Shown piece after piece: positions 19,907 to 27,882 of a DNA stretch of 53,694 bases. Within the stretch, counting starts at the first letter, position 1; the number at the start of each line of letters is the position of its first letter. Position numbers and translations under genes: made by a program. Origin of the DNA: a virus; IMG/VR virus record IMGVR_UViG_3300025108_000005; one strand, 5' to 3'. Under the pieces are notes generated by a model, which ran no database searches, was not told the DNA's origin, and was given only the letters and a program-made list of their open reading frames with translations.

Positions 19907-20029
19907 TTTAACTTCCCTTTAGGTGTTGGAGCGAGGAGCGCTCTACCATCAAGGAGCAGTAACTCTGAGGGAGCGTCTGCACCAATGGGCTGGGAGGTGT
20001 CCCATCGGATATCCCTCGCCCCAACTTCA

Positions 20030-20449
20030 TTAAAAAATATCCTTCGATCCGCCCTCTAAAGGCTCCATCTCATCAATATCATCGTAATCTGTCATAGGAC
20101 CGCCTGCCTCATACGCATTGCATATATTCTCGGCGGAGCAAACAAAGTCAAGTTTCGTGCAGTATCCTACACCATATGAATCGCCCATGCCCTGCTCAAT
20201 GCAGCCCATCATTTCACTACGGATGTCATAGTATTCACAAATTCCACACTTCTCTGGTTTCTTTTCCCAGTTTTTGGGGGATGGGCCATATGAAAACTCA
20301 TCCATAGCATATTGCTTGTGATCCTCATTTGTTTCCTTGTCGTGGGTCACAAGAGGGCAAGCAAAGTCGTCTTCATAATCGTCATCAACAACTTGGTTAA
20401 TGCCAGAAGACAACTCTTCCATGTCAATGTTGATAACGATTTTTGCCAT
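20030..20449 (-). CDS. Acidic Cys-rich protein (HiPIP-like Cys spacing)
   Basis: 139 aa with KCGICEYY...GYCTKLDFVCSAENICNAYEAGG. Confidence 0.8.
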   Translation of the reverse strand: MAKIVINIDMEELSSGINQVVDDDYEDDFACPLVTHDKETNEDHKQYAMDEFSYGPSPKNWEKKPEKCGICEYYDIRSEMMGCIEQGMGDSYGVGYCTKLDFVCSAENICNAYEAGGPMTDYDDIDEMEPLEGGSKDIF

Positions 20450-20964
20450 TATTTACACCCTGTAAATTTAGTACCTGATACAGCGGCACCACCACCACGA
20501 GACATTTCGCGAACACGAGCTTCACCACCATACTTCATGCCAAGCACTTTCTTAGCTGCTTTGCTTGCCGTCGCGGCTGAACCACCTAATACCCCATACT
20601 TTGCAGCGTCTTTAACAAACTCTGCTAACGCTCCTGTAGATTTAGATGGGCTAACTTTAACTTTTAAAGGAGACTTTTTCTTTGGGTTCTTACCAGAATT
20701 AATGGCAGCGTTTATCTCCGCTTTGGTCATACCAGCTAAAAGCTCTTCTGTTTTAATATCACCCTTGCGGCGTCCATCCATAGCATTGGGACGTTTAGGT
20801 GGACGTTTTGACCCCGGCTGCGATGGTTTTGCTTTTGGCTTAACATTTTCCACTCCTACCGCGCCACCTTCCATATATTTCATAGCCGCTTTAGGGTCCA
20901 TCTTTTGTTGAACCGCTTCAGGTAACTTTGAAAAACCTTTATATTTTTTAGGAGTATTTGGCAT
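20449..20964 (-). CDS. Basic protein with GG motifs
   Basis: 171 aa with TAATG coupling. Motifs: YMEGGAVG, MKYGGEARV. Confidence 0.8.
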   Translation of the reverse strand: MPNTPKKYKGFSKLPEAVQQKMDPKAAMKYMEGGAVGVENVKPKAKPSQPGSKRPPKRPNAMDGRRKGDIKTEELLAGMTKAEINAAINSGKNPKKKSPLKVKVSPSKSTGALAEFVKDAAKYGVLGGSAATASKAAKKVLGMKYGGEARVREMSRGGGAAVSGTKFTGCK

Positions 20965-21302
20965 TATCTCTGACCCTTATATTTACCGCCGCGTCCCTTC
21001 ATGACACAGCCCATCTTTGGCTTCTTCTTATTGCTTCTTACAGCGCCACCAGCTTCATATTTCTTAACAGCACCGCCGCTCATCATGCCCAGCTTCTTGC
21101 GCAAACGATCTAGGTCGGCATCAGACATCTGACCCATCTCACCAGCCTCTAAAGCCTCCAACATACCAGCACGATCCATACGCCGCTGACGCATACGATC
21201 AGCGTCTGACATTGGACGCGCTTTCGGACGCTTCGATGTCATCGGTGCAGAACTGCCCATAGCTTCCATGATCGCTCTCATGATTGCTTCTTTTTGTGCC
21301 AT
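20964..21302 (-). CDS. Basic protein with GG motifs
   Basis: 112 aa with SD AGGAGG. Motif: MMSGGAVKKYEAGGAV. Confidence 0.8.
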   Translation of the reverse strand: MAQKEAIMRAIMEAMGSSAPMTSKRPKARPMSDADRMRQRRMDRAGMLEALEAGEMGQMSDADLDRLRKKLGMMSGGAVKKYEAGGAVRSNKKKPKMGCVMKGRGGKYKGQR

Positions 21303-21311
21303 AAAAGCCTC

Positions 21312-22793
21312 CTAATAATATTCGCGTTTACGCCGCATAAACGCGGCCTCTTCTTCATCGTCATAATCACTCGGAGTGGTGATAAAACCACCCTGTCTAA
21401 AACGCAGTATAGCCTGAGTCATCGAATCCGCCAAGTCATCATGTTCACCATTGGGAAATGCGGCACATTCTTCCAACACTTCATCAGCAAAATTAGTCTC
21501 AGGTGCCCACACCATACCACTTTCAAACACTGGCGCACAGGCATGCATTCGCGTAAACTTGTCAGCGCCACGACCCGGAGTAAACGGAGTTACAGGAATA
21601 CCCATACGCCTCAACTCCTGCGTCAACGGCATTCCAGAACCTTTTTGCTCAATTAAAATCATATCAGGGTCAAACTCTCCCCAAAGATCATGAGCCGCTT
21701 TCTTTAGTTCAGGAAACTCCCACCTGCCCCTAACAGCATCAATTAAAATAATATGATCCTCACCTGTCTCCTCATGGTGAAAAATACCCCAAGTTGTTAT
21801 GGCAGAGTAGTCAGCCCTATCACTTTTACTAAACGCAGTATCGTAAGACTGGATAATATAGCTACAAGGTGGGGGATCATCTTTCTCCCAGAGGTTCCAC
21901 CACTCCCTTTTAATAATCGCACCCTCTTCTGCAGTCGGGTTCTGCATATACTGAGCATTCCATTTGCTCACCGGAATAGATGCTTTTACGCCCTCAAGCT
22001 CATCTAAAGACCAAAATTCAGGCCAGAGTGGACCGCCACTGGGCATAATTGCAGGAAACTCTACAACTTCCCACTTATCAGCACCTTTTTCACTCTGCTT
22101 CTGCAAAACCTTCGCTGTTAGATCACGAATCGACCATCGTGTCATAACAATAATAATCGCACCGCCGGGTTGCAAACGCTGTCGAGGACCAGAAGTGTAC
22201 CATTCGTAGATATTATCTAACGCAGTTACACTTAACGCATCTTGTTCCGAAACAGGATCGTCAATAATCGCGAGGTCAGCACCGCGACCCGCAAGCGCAC
22301 CGCCAACGCCAACCGCGTAATATTCGCCACCACCGTTTGTACTCCAGCGGCCACTCGCTTTCGCATCTGTTGCAAGACTGACATTAGGGAAAACATCACG
22401 AAAATCCTCGCTATCAATTAGATTTTTAACCTTACGACCAAAGCCAACAGCCAACTCAGCCGTGTGAGTCGCCTGAATAATCTTTAAATCAGGCCGTCTA
22501 CCCATCAGCCACGTTGGAAACAAATAACTCGCGAACTCAGACTTCGTATGTCGAGGCGGCATATTCACAATCAAACGCTTCAACTTTCCATCCGCTACAT
22601 CCTGCAGCTTCTGAGCGTAAATCTTGTGGTGCCTGCCCTCAATAAACTGAGGCCAAACATGCTTTACAAAATTCATAAAGTTGTCGTGCTTTTCCGACCT
22701 ATCATCTAACGTTTTAAGCCGCTCCAACATGGGAGCGACTTTCGCTAACTCTTCGTCGGTTAGATACTTAGTAAAATCACTAAGATCATTCAT
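21312..22793 (-). CDS. terL: Terminase large subunit
   Basis: 493 aa with a terminase-like ATPase core (..NMPPRHTKSE.., Walker-B-like DLAIIDDP) and a C-terminal nuclease-like half. Confidence 0.85.
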   Translation of the reverse strand: MNDLSDFTKYLTDEELAKVAPMLERLKTLDDRSEKHDNFMNFVKHVWPQFIEGRHHKIYAQKLQDVADGKLKRLIVNMPPRHTKSEFASYLFPTWLMGRRPDLKIIQATHTAELAVGFGRKVKNLIDSEDFRDVFPNVSLATDAKASGRWSTNGGGEYYAVGVGGALAGRGADLAIIDDPVSEQDALSVTALDNIYEWYTSGPRQRLQPGGAIIIVMTRWSIRDLTAKVLQKQSEKGADKWEVVEFPAIMPSGGPLWPEFWSLDELEGVKASIPVSKWNAQYMQNPTAEEGAIIKREWWNLWEKDDPPPCSYIIQSYDTAFSKSDRADYSAITTWGIFHHEETGEDHIILIDAVRGRWEFPELKKAAHDLWGEFDPDMILIEQKGSGMPLTQELRRMGIPVTPFTPGRGADKFTRMHACAPVFESGMVWAPETNFADEVLEECAAFPNGEHDDLADSMTQAILRFRQGGFITTPSDYDDEEEAAFMRRKREYY

Positions 22794-22796
22794 AAA

Positions 22797-25700
22797 TTAC
22801 CCCGCAAGAGCTTTCAGGAAGTTATCCGCAGTGCGATTTAAACCCGCCATTCCACCATCCTGCATAGGACGAATGTTCGCAGAAATCGGAGCAATCTTAG
22901 GCGCACGCGTTGTAATGCGCGCCATAATATCATCAAATCTACGAGATGATGGAATACCTATCCCAATTGGAGATGATACCGTATCAGACTTCTCCTCTTC
23001 CGCAGGTGGCTCACACATGTCTGTATCAGAGTTGTAAACATAACCCTCATCGTTACAGACCTTGTTTCCATCATCATCAGTTGTGTAGTTCTTTATCTCT
23101 TCAGAACCATCGTCACCGCCAGTGGTTGTTTCAGTCACACCAAGAGCCTCGGCAACGTTCTGACCGCCGCCAACTTCAAGTGGAACAGTTCCGTCTGTAA
23201 TCTCAACTACATTGCCACCTGCATCAACAAAGAACTCTTTACCATCTGAGGTAATAAATCCTTGCTCCGTTGACATGCCCGTAGGATCTGCACTCGCAGC
23301 AGTTGATTGTGCGCCAAAGACCTGCTGGAAGCGATCATAATCTGAAACACCATCACCATCTGCGTCAGCTTTATATGCAGGATTGCTATATGCAGGAAGA
23401 CTTAACGTCTGACCAACTGTAAGAGCGTCAGCTTGTGCATTCAGGCCAGAACCCCTTAGTGAATCAATCATATCCTGTGTGACAGTAAATGAAGATGCCT
23501 CAGAACTCGGCGGCATAAAGGCCATAATATCATCTGCCGCAAGAACCTTATCTGCAAAGGTATCCATAGTGCTTATGTCAAACCCAATGTAGTTGCCATC
23601 CTCATCAGTCTTCGGTGTTGCGCCATTCTGTAGCGCATACACATGCTGATCAATAATCGCCTGACGATTCTCACGGCTTGAGCCACGCAGCTTGTCAGCC
23701 AAAGGCTTGCCAAGACCAAAGCCCAAGCCACCAATAACGTCATAGAAAATTGACTCTATGCCAGTCGGCTCTGCCTGATCGCCAATTTGCTGCTTGATCT
23801 TCTCAACATTATCATCGCGACGACCTTGCTCAACCTGTCTGCCAGTCTCACTCGCAGCACCAATCGTAAGAGCAGTAGAACCTGCGCCCTTATCCAAGCC
23901 ACGCGAAATTCCCTCAAACTGCTTACCAAGCGCAGCTTCAAACTCTTCTGGAGTCAACTTGCCACTCTTCAAATCAGAAAGACCCTTGCCGCCAGCCAAG
24001 TCATTCATAACCAAATGCGTACCAATACGCTCCTGAGTGCCCTCGTCAAACTTAGCATTAGGATCAACAATTCCCTGATCAACCAAGGACTGCAACGTAG
24101 AGCCAACAACCTGATATTTACCAGCAGGCGTAGAAATAACACCAGAACCATCTGCACGAGTCATGCCACGCTGCGTGTTAACGCCTTGAGAGTAAGCAGC
24201 ATAAGAATCTTTGCCACGCAGATTCTGGAAGTCCAAGACCTCCTGAACCGTCATGTTCGTTAAATCAACGCCAAAGCGCCCCTCTTGACCACCAAGAAGA
24301 CGACCATAACCGCCCTCATCAGCCGTACCTTCAGCGCGAGAAATACGATTTTTAATCTCAGAGAGCGAAGTATAACCAGCTTCTGGCGGAGCAAAATCCT
24401 GAACAGTAGATGGAGCACCCAATCCACGCTCCAGATCAGAAACAGGACCACTTGGAAGCCCCATATCATCATCCGTAAGTGGAACATTAGTAACACGATC
24501 ACGATCAAATGGGTCCATGTCAGCATCAAGGTTCCGACCAGCCTTAGATACGTTAAGGTCAAGTATATTATCGTCAATGCCATACGTCTCTATCCCTCGA
24601 GAAGATGCAGGTAGAAATTGAGTAATGTCAGGGTCATTCATAGATGTTATAGGCTGAACTCCTAAAACACCGCCTCTAGTATCACCTAAAGGTGGAAGAC
24701 CGCCAACGCCAGCAATGTCGCTGTAAGTAATTGGTGACGGATCAAAGATATTAATCTCACGACCCTCTGGATAATTCTGAAGATACGTTGGGTAAGCCCT
24801 AGCAGCGGCTCGATTCGCTTGCTCTGGACTGTCAAAAATACCTGATTCACGAGCCGTAGCAGAAAAACTATCTATTCCCTGCTGACCAGAACCATACAAA
24901 CGTAACTGCGCAGCAAACGCACGATCAGCCGTGTCAGCCGCCGCCTGCGAGTCATGCTGATTCCCACGGCGATCCGTATATACAGGGGCAGAAACAGGAT
25001 CAATAACACTAATCACAGACGATCCGGCATTACCAGATGACGCAGTATTCAAAATATCATCAATGCTAGAACCAGTCGCAACAGTCACATTGCCACCACC
25101 AGTGTCATACGTGGTCGTACCAGTCCCAGATGTTAAATCCGCAACCGTTACAGTCTTGTCAGAACCACCAACACCAAGATCAGCGTCCTTCGCACTCGTG
25201 TTTACAGAACTTGAATCATCATCGCCGCCAAAAATCGCATCGTGATAATCAGCTACATTGTCAAAAGTATTCCCGCCATAGCTGAAACTCGTATTATCAT
25301 CCGCCTGAACGGCAGCATTCGCAATCGCATCTAAACTTACATTTCCAGATGGACCAATTGAAGAACTGTCATCATTATCGCTCTTCGCCATATCTTTTAG
25401 ACTATCCCTCACCTTGTTAATCTCAGCATAATCCCTGCTAATCACACTTTCAGGCGGATAACTCGGGATACCAGCAGGACCAGAAATGCCTGAACCACCA
25501 AAACTACGAAGCAAAGCCTCCTCATCCTGATTAATATACGCCAACATATGCGGCTGATCAGCAATCATAGTGCTGCGAGGAACAGAATCACCGCCGAAAG
25601 GGCCAGATACCTCTCCCCCCATACGCATATTATTCACATCGCCATACCCATAAAGATCAACATCACCAGTATCTATAGGCGCAATACCAGAATACATCGT

Positions 25701-27125
25701 CCCATAAGTCGGCGTACTCAAGAAATCAAAAATATCAATCTCAACAGGTCGCGCAGGCAATTTAATCGCCCCAATAGGACTCGTAGCAACCATTTCAGGA
25801 CCGTAACTCGTCGTTAAACCACCCGTAATAGGATCAGTCATATACTGAGAAACACTCGTAGGAATGTTGACCTTAGGGCCAAATAATGCAGCCTGCTCAC
25901 GCGTACCCAGCGTAACAACGCCAGTCTCAGGATCAACAGTGTCATAACCACCAGTCGTCCTACCAACATCACCAGTAAACTGACTGTAATCAATCTCATT
26001 AACCTCACTAGGATCAACAGGAGCAGCCGTATAACTACCAGTGCCAAAATTACCACCAGCACCTACCGCACTGCCAGCACCAGCTTGCGCCCCAGTAATC
26101 GTAGAAACAGGAGCAGAAGTAACCTTATCCACAGAAACAGAAGCCTGAGAAGGTGCCTCATATTCACCAACATAAACACGAACAGGAGTCCAACCTGTCT
26201 CGTCACTACCCTCCCAGTTAAGAACATTATCACCAAAACGATAATTCATAATGTCCGCCATATCCATAACAGCACCACGAGTGCTGCGGTAACGACCATC
26301 ACCCAAATCCTCATAGCCAGCATTCAATAAATTAGAACGAACCATAGACTCACGAGCAGGATCAGACGAATAACCAGAACGTGCCTCACCCATATAATCA
26401 AAACCCTGACCCTCAATCGCAGATTTAGCCGCAGAAATACTGCCATAACCAGCCTGAACCGTCGGGTCTAAATCATCACGACCAAAAAGCGCATTAAACG
26501 AAACAGGATTACCCGAAGAATCAACAACCTTGTAACGCTCACCGCTACGAACAACATTCAAATCAGAACCAGAACCTAAACCAGACGAAGATGACTCCTT
26601 AACCAAGTCATAATACTCATCCATACTACCAATCCCCTCACCCAAAACAGGGGGACCACCATCCTCAAAATACTGTACAGGACCACCATCAGCATAACCA
26701 AAAATATCAACCTCACCACCCATAGCCATAGGACGAGGCGCCATAGACTGCATCGGAGGAGTACGCATCATAGGAGTGCCCGGCGCAACCATACGCTGCT
26801 GTGGCATCATCTGGGGCGGCATCGCACTCTGAGGCTGTGGCATGGACGCACCCAAACCCTGATTGCGACCCAACATCCCCTCTAACGCATCGCCAAAACG
26901 ACGACGACGACCCGCCGTAGATCCCTGCATCTGCTGACCCTGAGGCATAGGTGGCATCTGAGGAGGTGGACCCCCAGCCAACGGCATCGGAGGCATAGGC
27001 GCAAAAGGATTCGGAGGGGGAGCAGATGGCATGCCCGGTGAAGGCGGCATACCACCCATAGGCTGCATCGGTGCAGGCATTCCGGGCATCGGCGGGGGAG
27101 TCATTCCAGTCTTAACTGCAGGCAT
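22797..27125 (-). CDS. Giant internal-virion/ejection-type protein (1442 aa) with Met/Pro-rich N-terminus and lytic transglycosylase domain
   Basis: Start re-set to the ATG at 27123-27125 with SD AGGAGA. It is a single ORF, and the stop abuts the terL start. Confidence 0.9.
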   Translation of the reverse strand: MPAVKTGMTPPPMPGMPAPMQPMGGMPPSPGMPSAPPPNPFAPMPPMPLAGGPPPQMPPMPQGQQMQGSTAGRRRRFGDALEGMLGRNQGLGASMPQPQSAMPPQMMPQQRMVAPGTPMMRTPPMQSMAPRPMAMGGEVDIFGYADGGPVQYFEDGGPPVLGEGIGSMDEYYDLVKESSSSGLGSGSDLNVVRSGERYKVVDSSGNPVSFNALFGRDDLDPTVQAGYGSISAAKSAIEGQGFDYMGEARSGYSSDPARESMVRSNLLNAGYEDLGDGRYRSTRGAVMDMADIMNYRFGDNVLNWEGSDETGWTPVRVYVGEYEAPSQASVSVDKVTSAPVSTITGAQAGAGSAVGAGGNFGTGSYTAAPVDPSEVNEIDYSQFTGDVGRTTGGYDTVDPETGVVTLGTREQAALFGPKVNIPTSVSQYMTDPITGGLTTSYGPEMVATSPIGAIKLPARPVEIDIFDFLSTPTYGTMYSGIAPIDTGDVDLYGYGDVNNMRMGGEVSGPFGGDSVPRSTMIADQPHMLAYINQDEEALLRSFGGSGISGPAGIPSYPPESVISRDYAEINKVRDSLKDMAKSDNDDSSSIGPSGNVSLDAIANAAVQADDNTSFSYGGNTFDNVADYHDAIFGGDDDSSSVNTSAKDADLGVGGSDKTVTVADLTSGTGTTTYDTGGGNVTVATGSSIDDILNTASSGNAGSSVISVIDPVSAPVYTDRRGNQHDSQAAADTADRAFAAQLRLYGSGQQGIDSFSATARESGIFDSPEQANRAAARAYPTYLQNYPEGREINIFDPSPITYSDIAGVGGLPPLGDTRGGVLGVQPITSMNDPDITQFLPASSRGIETYGIDDNILDLNVSKAGRNLDADMDPFDRDRVTNVPLTDDDMGLPSGPVSDLERGLGAPSTVQDFAPPEAGYTSLSEIKNRISRAEGTADEGGYGRLLGGQEGRFGVDLTNMTVQEVLDFQNLRGKDSYAAYSQGVNTQRGMTRADGSGVISTPAGKYQVVGSTLQSLVDQGIVDPNAKFDEGTQERIGTHLVMNDLAGGKGLSDLKSGKLTPEEFEAALGKQFEGISRGLDKGAGSTALTIGAASETGRQVEQGRRDDNVEKIKQQIGDQAEPTGIESIFYDVIGGLGFGLGKPLADKLRGSSRENRQAIIDQHVYALQNGATPKTDEDGNYIGFDISTMDTFADKVLAADDIMAFMPPSSEASSFTVTQDMIDSLRGSGLNAQADALTVGQTLSLPAYSNPAYKADADGDGVSDYDRFQQVFGAQSTAASADPTGMSTEQGFITSDGKEFFVDAGGNVVEITDGTVPLEVGGGQNVAEALGVTETTTGGDDGSEEIKNYTTDDDGNKVCNDEGYVYNSDTDMCEPPAEEEKSDTVSSPIGIGIPSSRRFDDIMARITTRAPKIAPISANIRPMQDGGMAGLNRTADNFLKALAG
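23980..24350 (-). other. Lambda-R-like (GH104-type) lytic transglycosylase domain inside the giant protein
   Basis: RAEGTADEGGYGRLLGG...STPAGKYQVVGSTL parallels lambda R WSEGT...GYDVIVGG...STGAGRYQLL. The putative catalytic Glu codon is at 24330-24332. Confidence 0.65.
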
Positions 27126-27178
27126 CCAATAAATTCTCCTAAACGAACCTAACACGCATCCTAACAGCTACTCAAAAT

Positions 27179-27418
27179 TTAATCAATAATCTCCAACAAT
27201 CCATTACGAATCATGCTACGCGCCAAACTATCCCGGTCCGTAAAACAATAATGATCACCACTCCACTCACACATCTCAATCGCCATCCTGCGCAAAAAAA
27301 TATCCTCACGCTCTCCAGATCCCAAAACATGACCCGCATGCAAAATCGGAACAACCTCTCCCGCAGTCTGACCATCAAACTCTAAACTCGTACCGTAACT
27401 CAACCTAAATGTCGGCAT
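27179..27418 (-). CDS. Hypothetical small protein (first gene of the late operon)
   Basis: Start re-set to the ATG at 27416-27418 (MPTFRLSYG...). 79 aa. Confidence 0.6.
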   Translation of the reverse strand: MPTFRLSYGTSLEFDGQTAGEVVPILHAGHVLGSGEREDIFLRRMAIEMCEWSGDHYCFTDRDSLARSMIRNGLLEIID

Positions 27419-27549
27419 AACTCTTCCCCATCTCCAATAACTTCGGCAATCCAATCGGAGCAGAATAACCCTCACCATGAGAGTTCTTACCCTGCAACAG
27501 GCATAAAACTCGGCCTCATATGCCCTCTCCTTATACTAACATGTGGTAC

Positions 27550-27579
27550 TTTATGGGACAGTCTAGGGTACCTTGTCAA
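27550..27579 (-). promoter_or_regulatory. Sigma70-like promoter for the late operon
   Basis: Minus strand reads TTGACA(27574-27579)-18 nt-CATAAA(27550-27555). The -35 overlaps an iteron copy. Confidence 0.45.
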
Positions 27580-27676
27580 GCCGTAGGGTACCTTGGAAGG
27601 GACAAACGGTGACATCCACCTTTAGGGGGTGTCCCTTGTCCATAGGGTACCTTGAAGGGCTTAGGGTACCTTGTGA

Positions 27677-27696
27677 TTTTTTTAAAAAATTTTTTT
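27677..27696. promoter_or_regulatory. T7-A6-T7 tract (possible DNA-unwinding element)
   Basis: tttttttaaaaaattttttt lies immediately next to the iteron pairs. Confidence 0.5.
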
Positions 27697-27790
27697 GTGG
27701 TGACTGTAGGTGGATTTCTTAGTGTAAGTGCTGTCCGACACGCGCCAGAATATAGGGGGGGGTGCATGGCCCCCATATCCCCCGTTTCTA

Positions 27791-27802
27791 GAACAATTGT
27801 TC
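27791..27802. promoter_or_regulatory. Perfect 12-bp palindrome GAACAATTGTTC (copy 1)
   Basis: Exact palindrome in intergenic DNA between the amidoligase terminator and the iterons. Confidence 0.85.
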
Positions 27803-27829
27803 GGTTTTCTTAGGGTACCTTGGAAAAGC

Positions 27830-27852
27830 AAAAAAGCCCGCACTAGGCGGGC
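27830..27852 (-). terminator. Rho-independent terminator after the amidoligase gene
   Basis: Minus strand reads GCCCGCctagtGCGGGC followed by tttttt. Confidence 0.75.
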
Positions 27853-27882
27853 TTCTCTGTGGCTGTGGCATGGTCTTGACGC

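Larger units (their letters stand above)
27564..27822. repeat. Five exact copies of the 12-mer TAGGGTACCTTG (iteron-like)
   Basis: Copies at 27564-27575, 27584-27595, 27643-27654, 27662-27673 and 27811-27822. There are two pairs spaced 19-20 bp. A degenerate copy, TAGGGGGTGTCCCTTG, lies at about 27623. Confidence 0.9.

Noticed and set aside
19925-20025. tRNA-like appearance of the GC-rich gap (7-bp terminal complementarity GGAGCGA/TCGCCCC)
   Set aside because: At 95 nt it lacks a GTTCRANYC T-loop and a D-loop AGY..GG signature on either strand, and no cloverleaf could be drawn. I treat it as an mRNA hairpin instead.
22946-26330. Numerous 60-160-aa ORFs on both strands inside the 1442-aa gene (for example 23787..24263, 24260..24583, 25548..25817)
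   Set aside because: All are nested in one long, SD-preceded ORF. They have skewed, low-complexity compositions typical of off-frame translation.
27576-27776. 66-aa minus-strand ORF across the iteron region
   Set aside because: It is made of iteron and homopolymer translations (PKGGCHRLSLPRYP...), has no SD and overlaps the predicted promoter.
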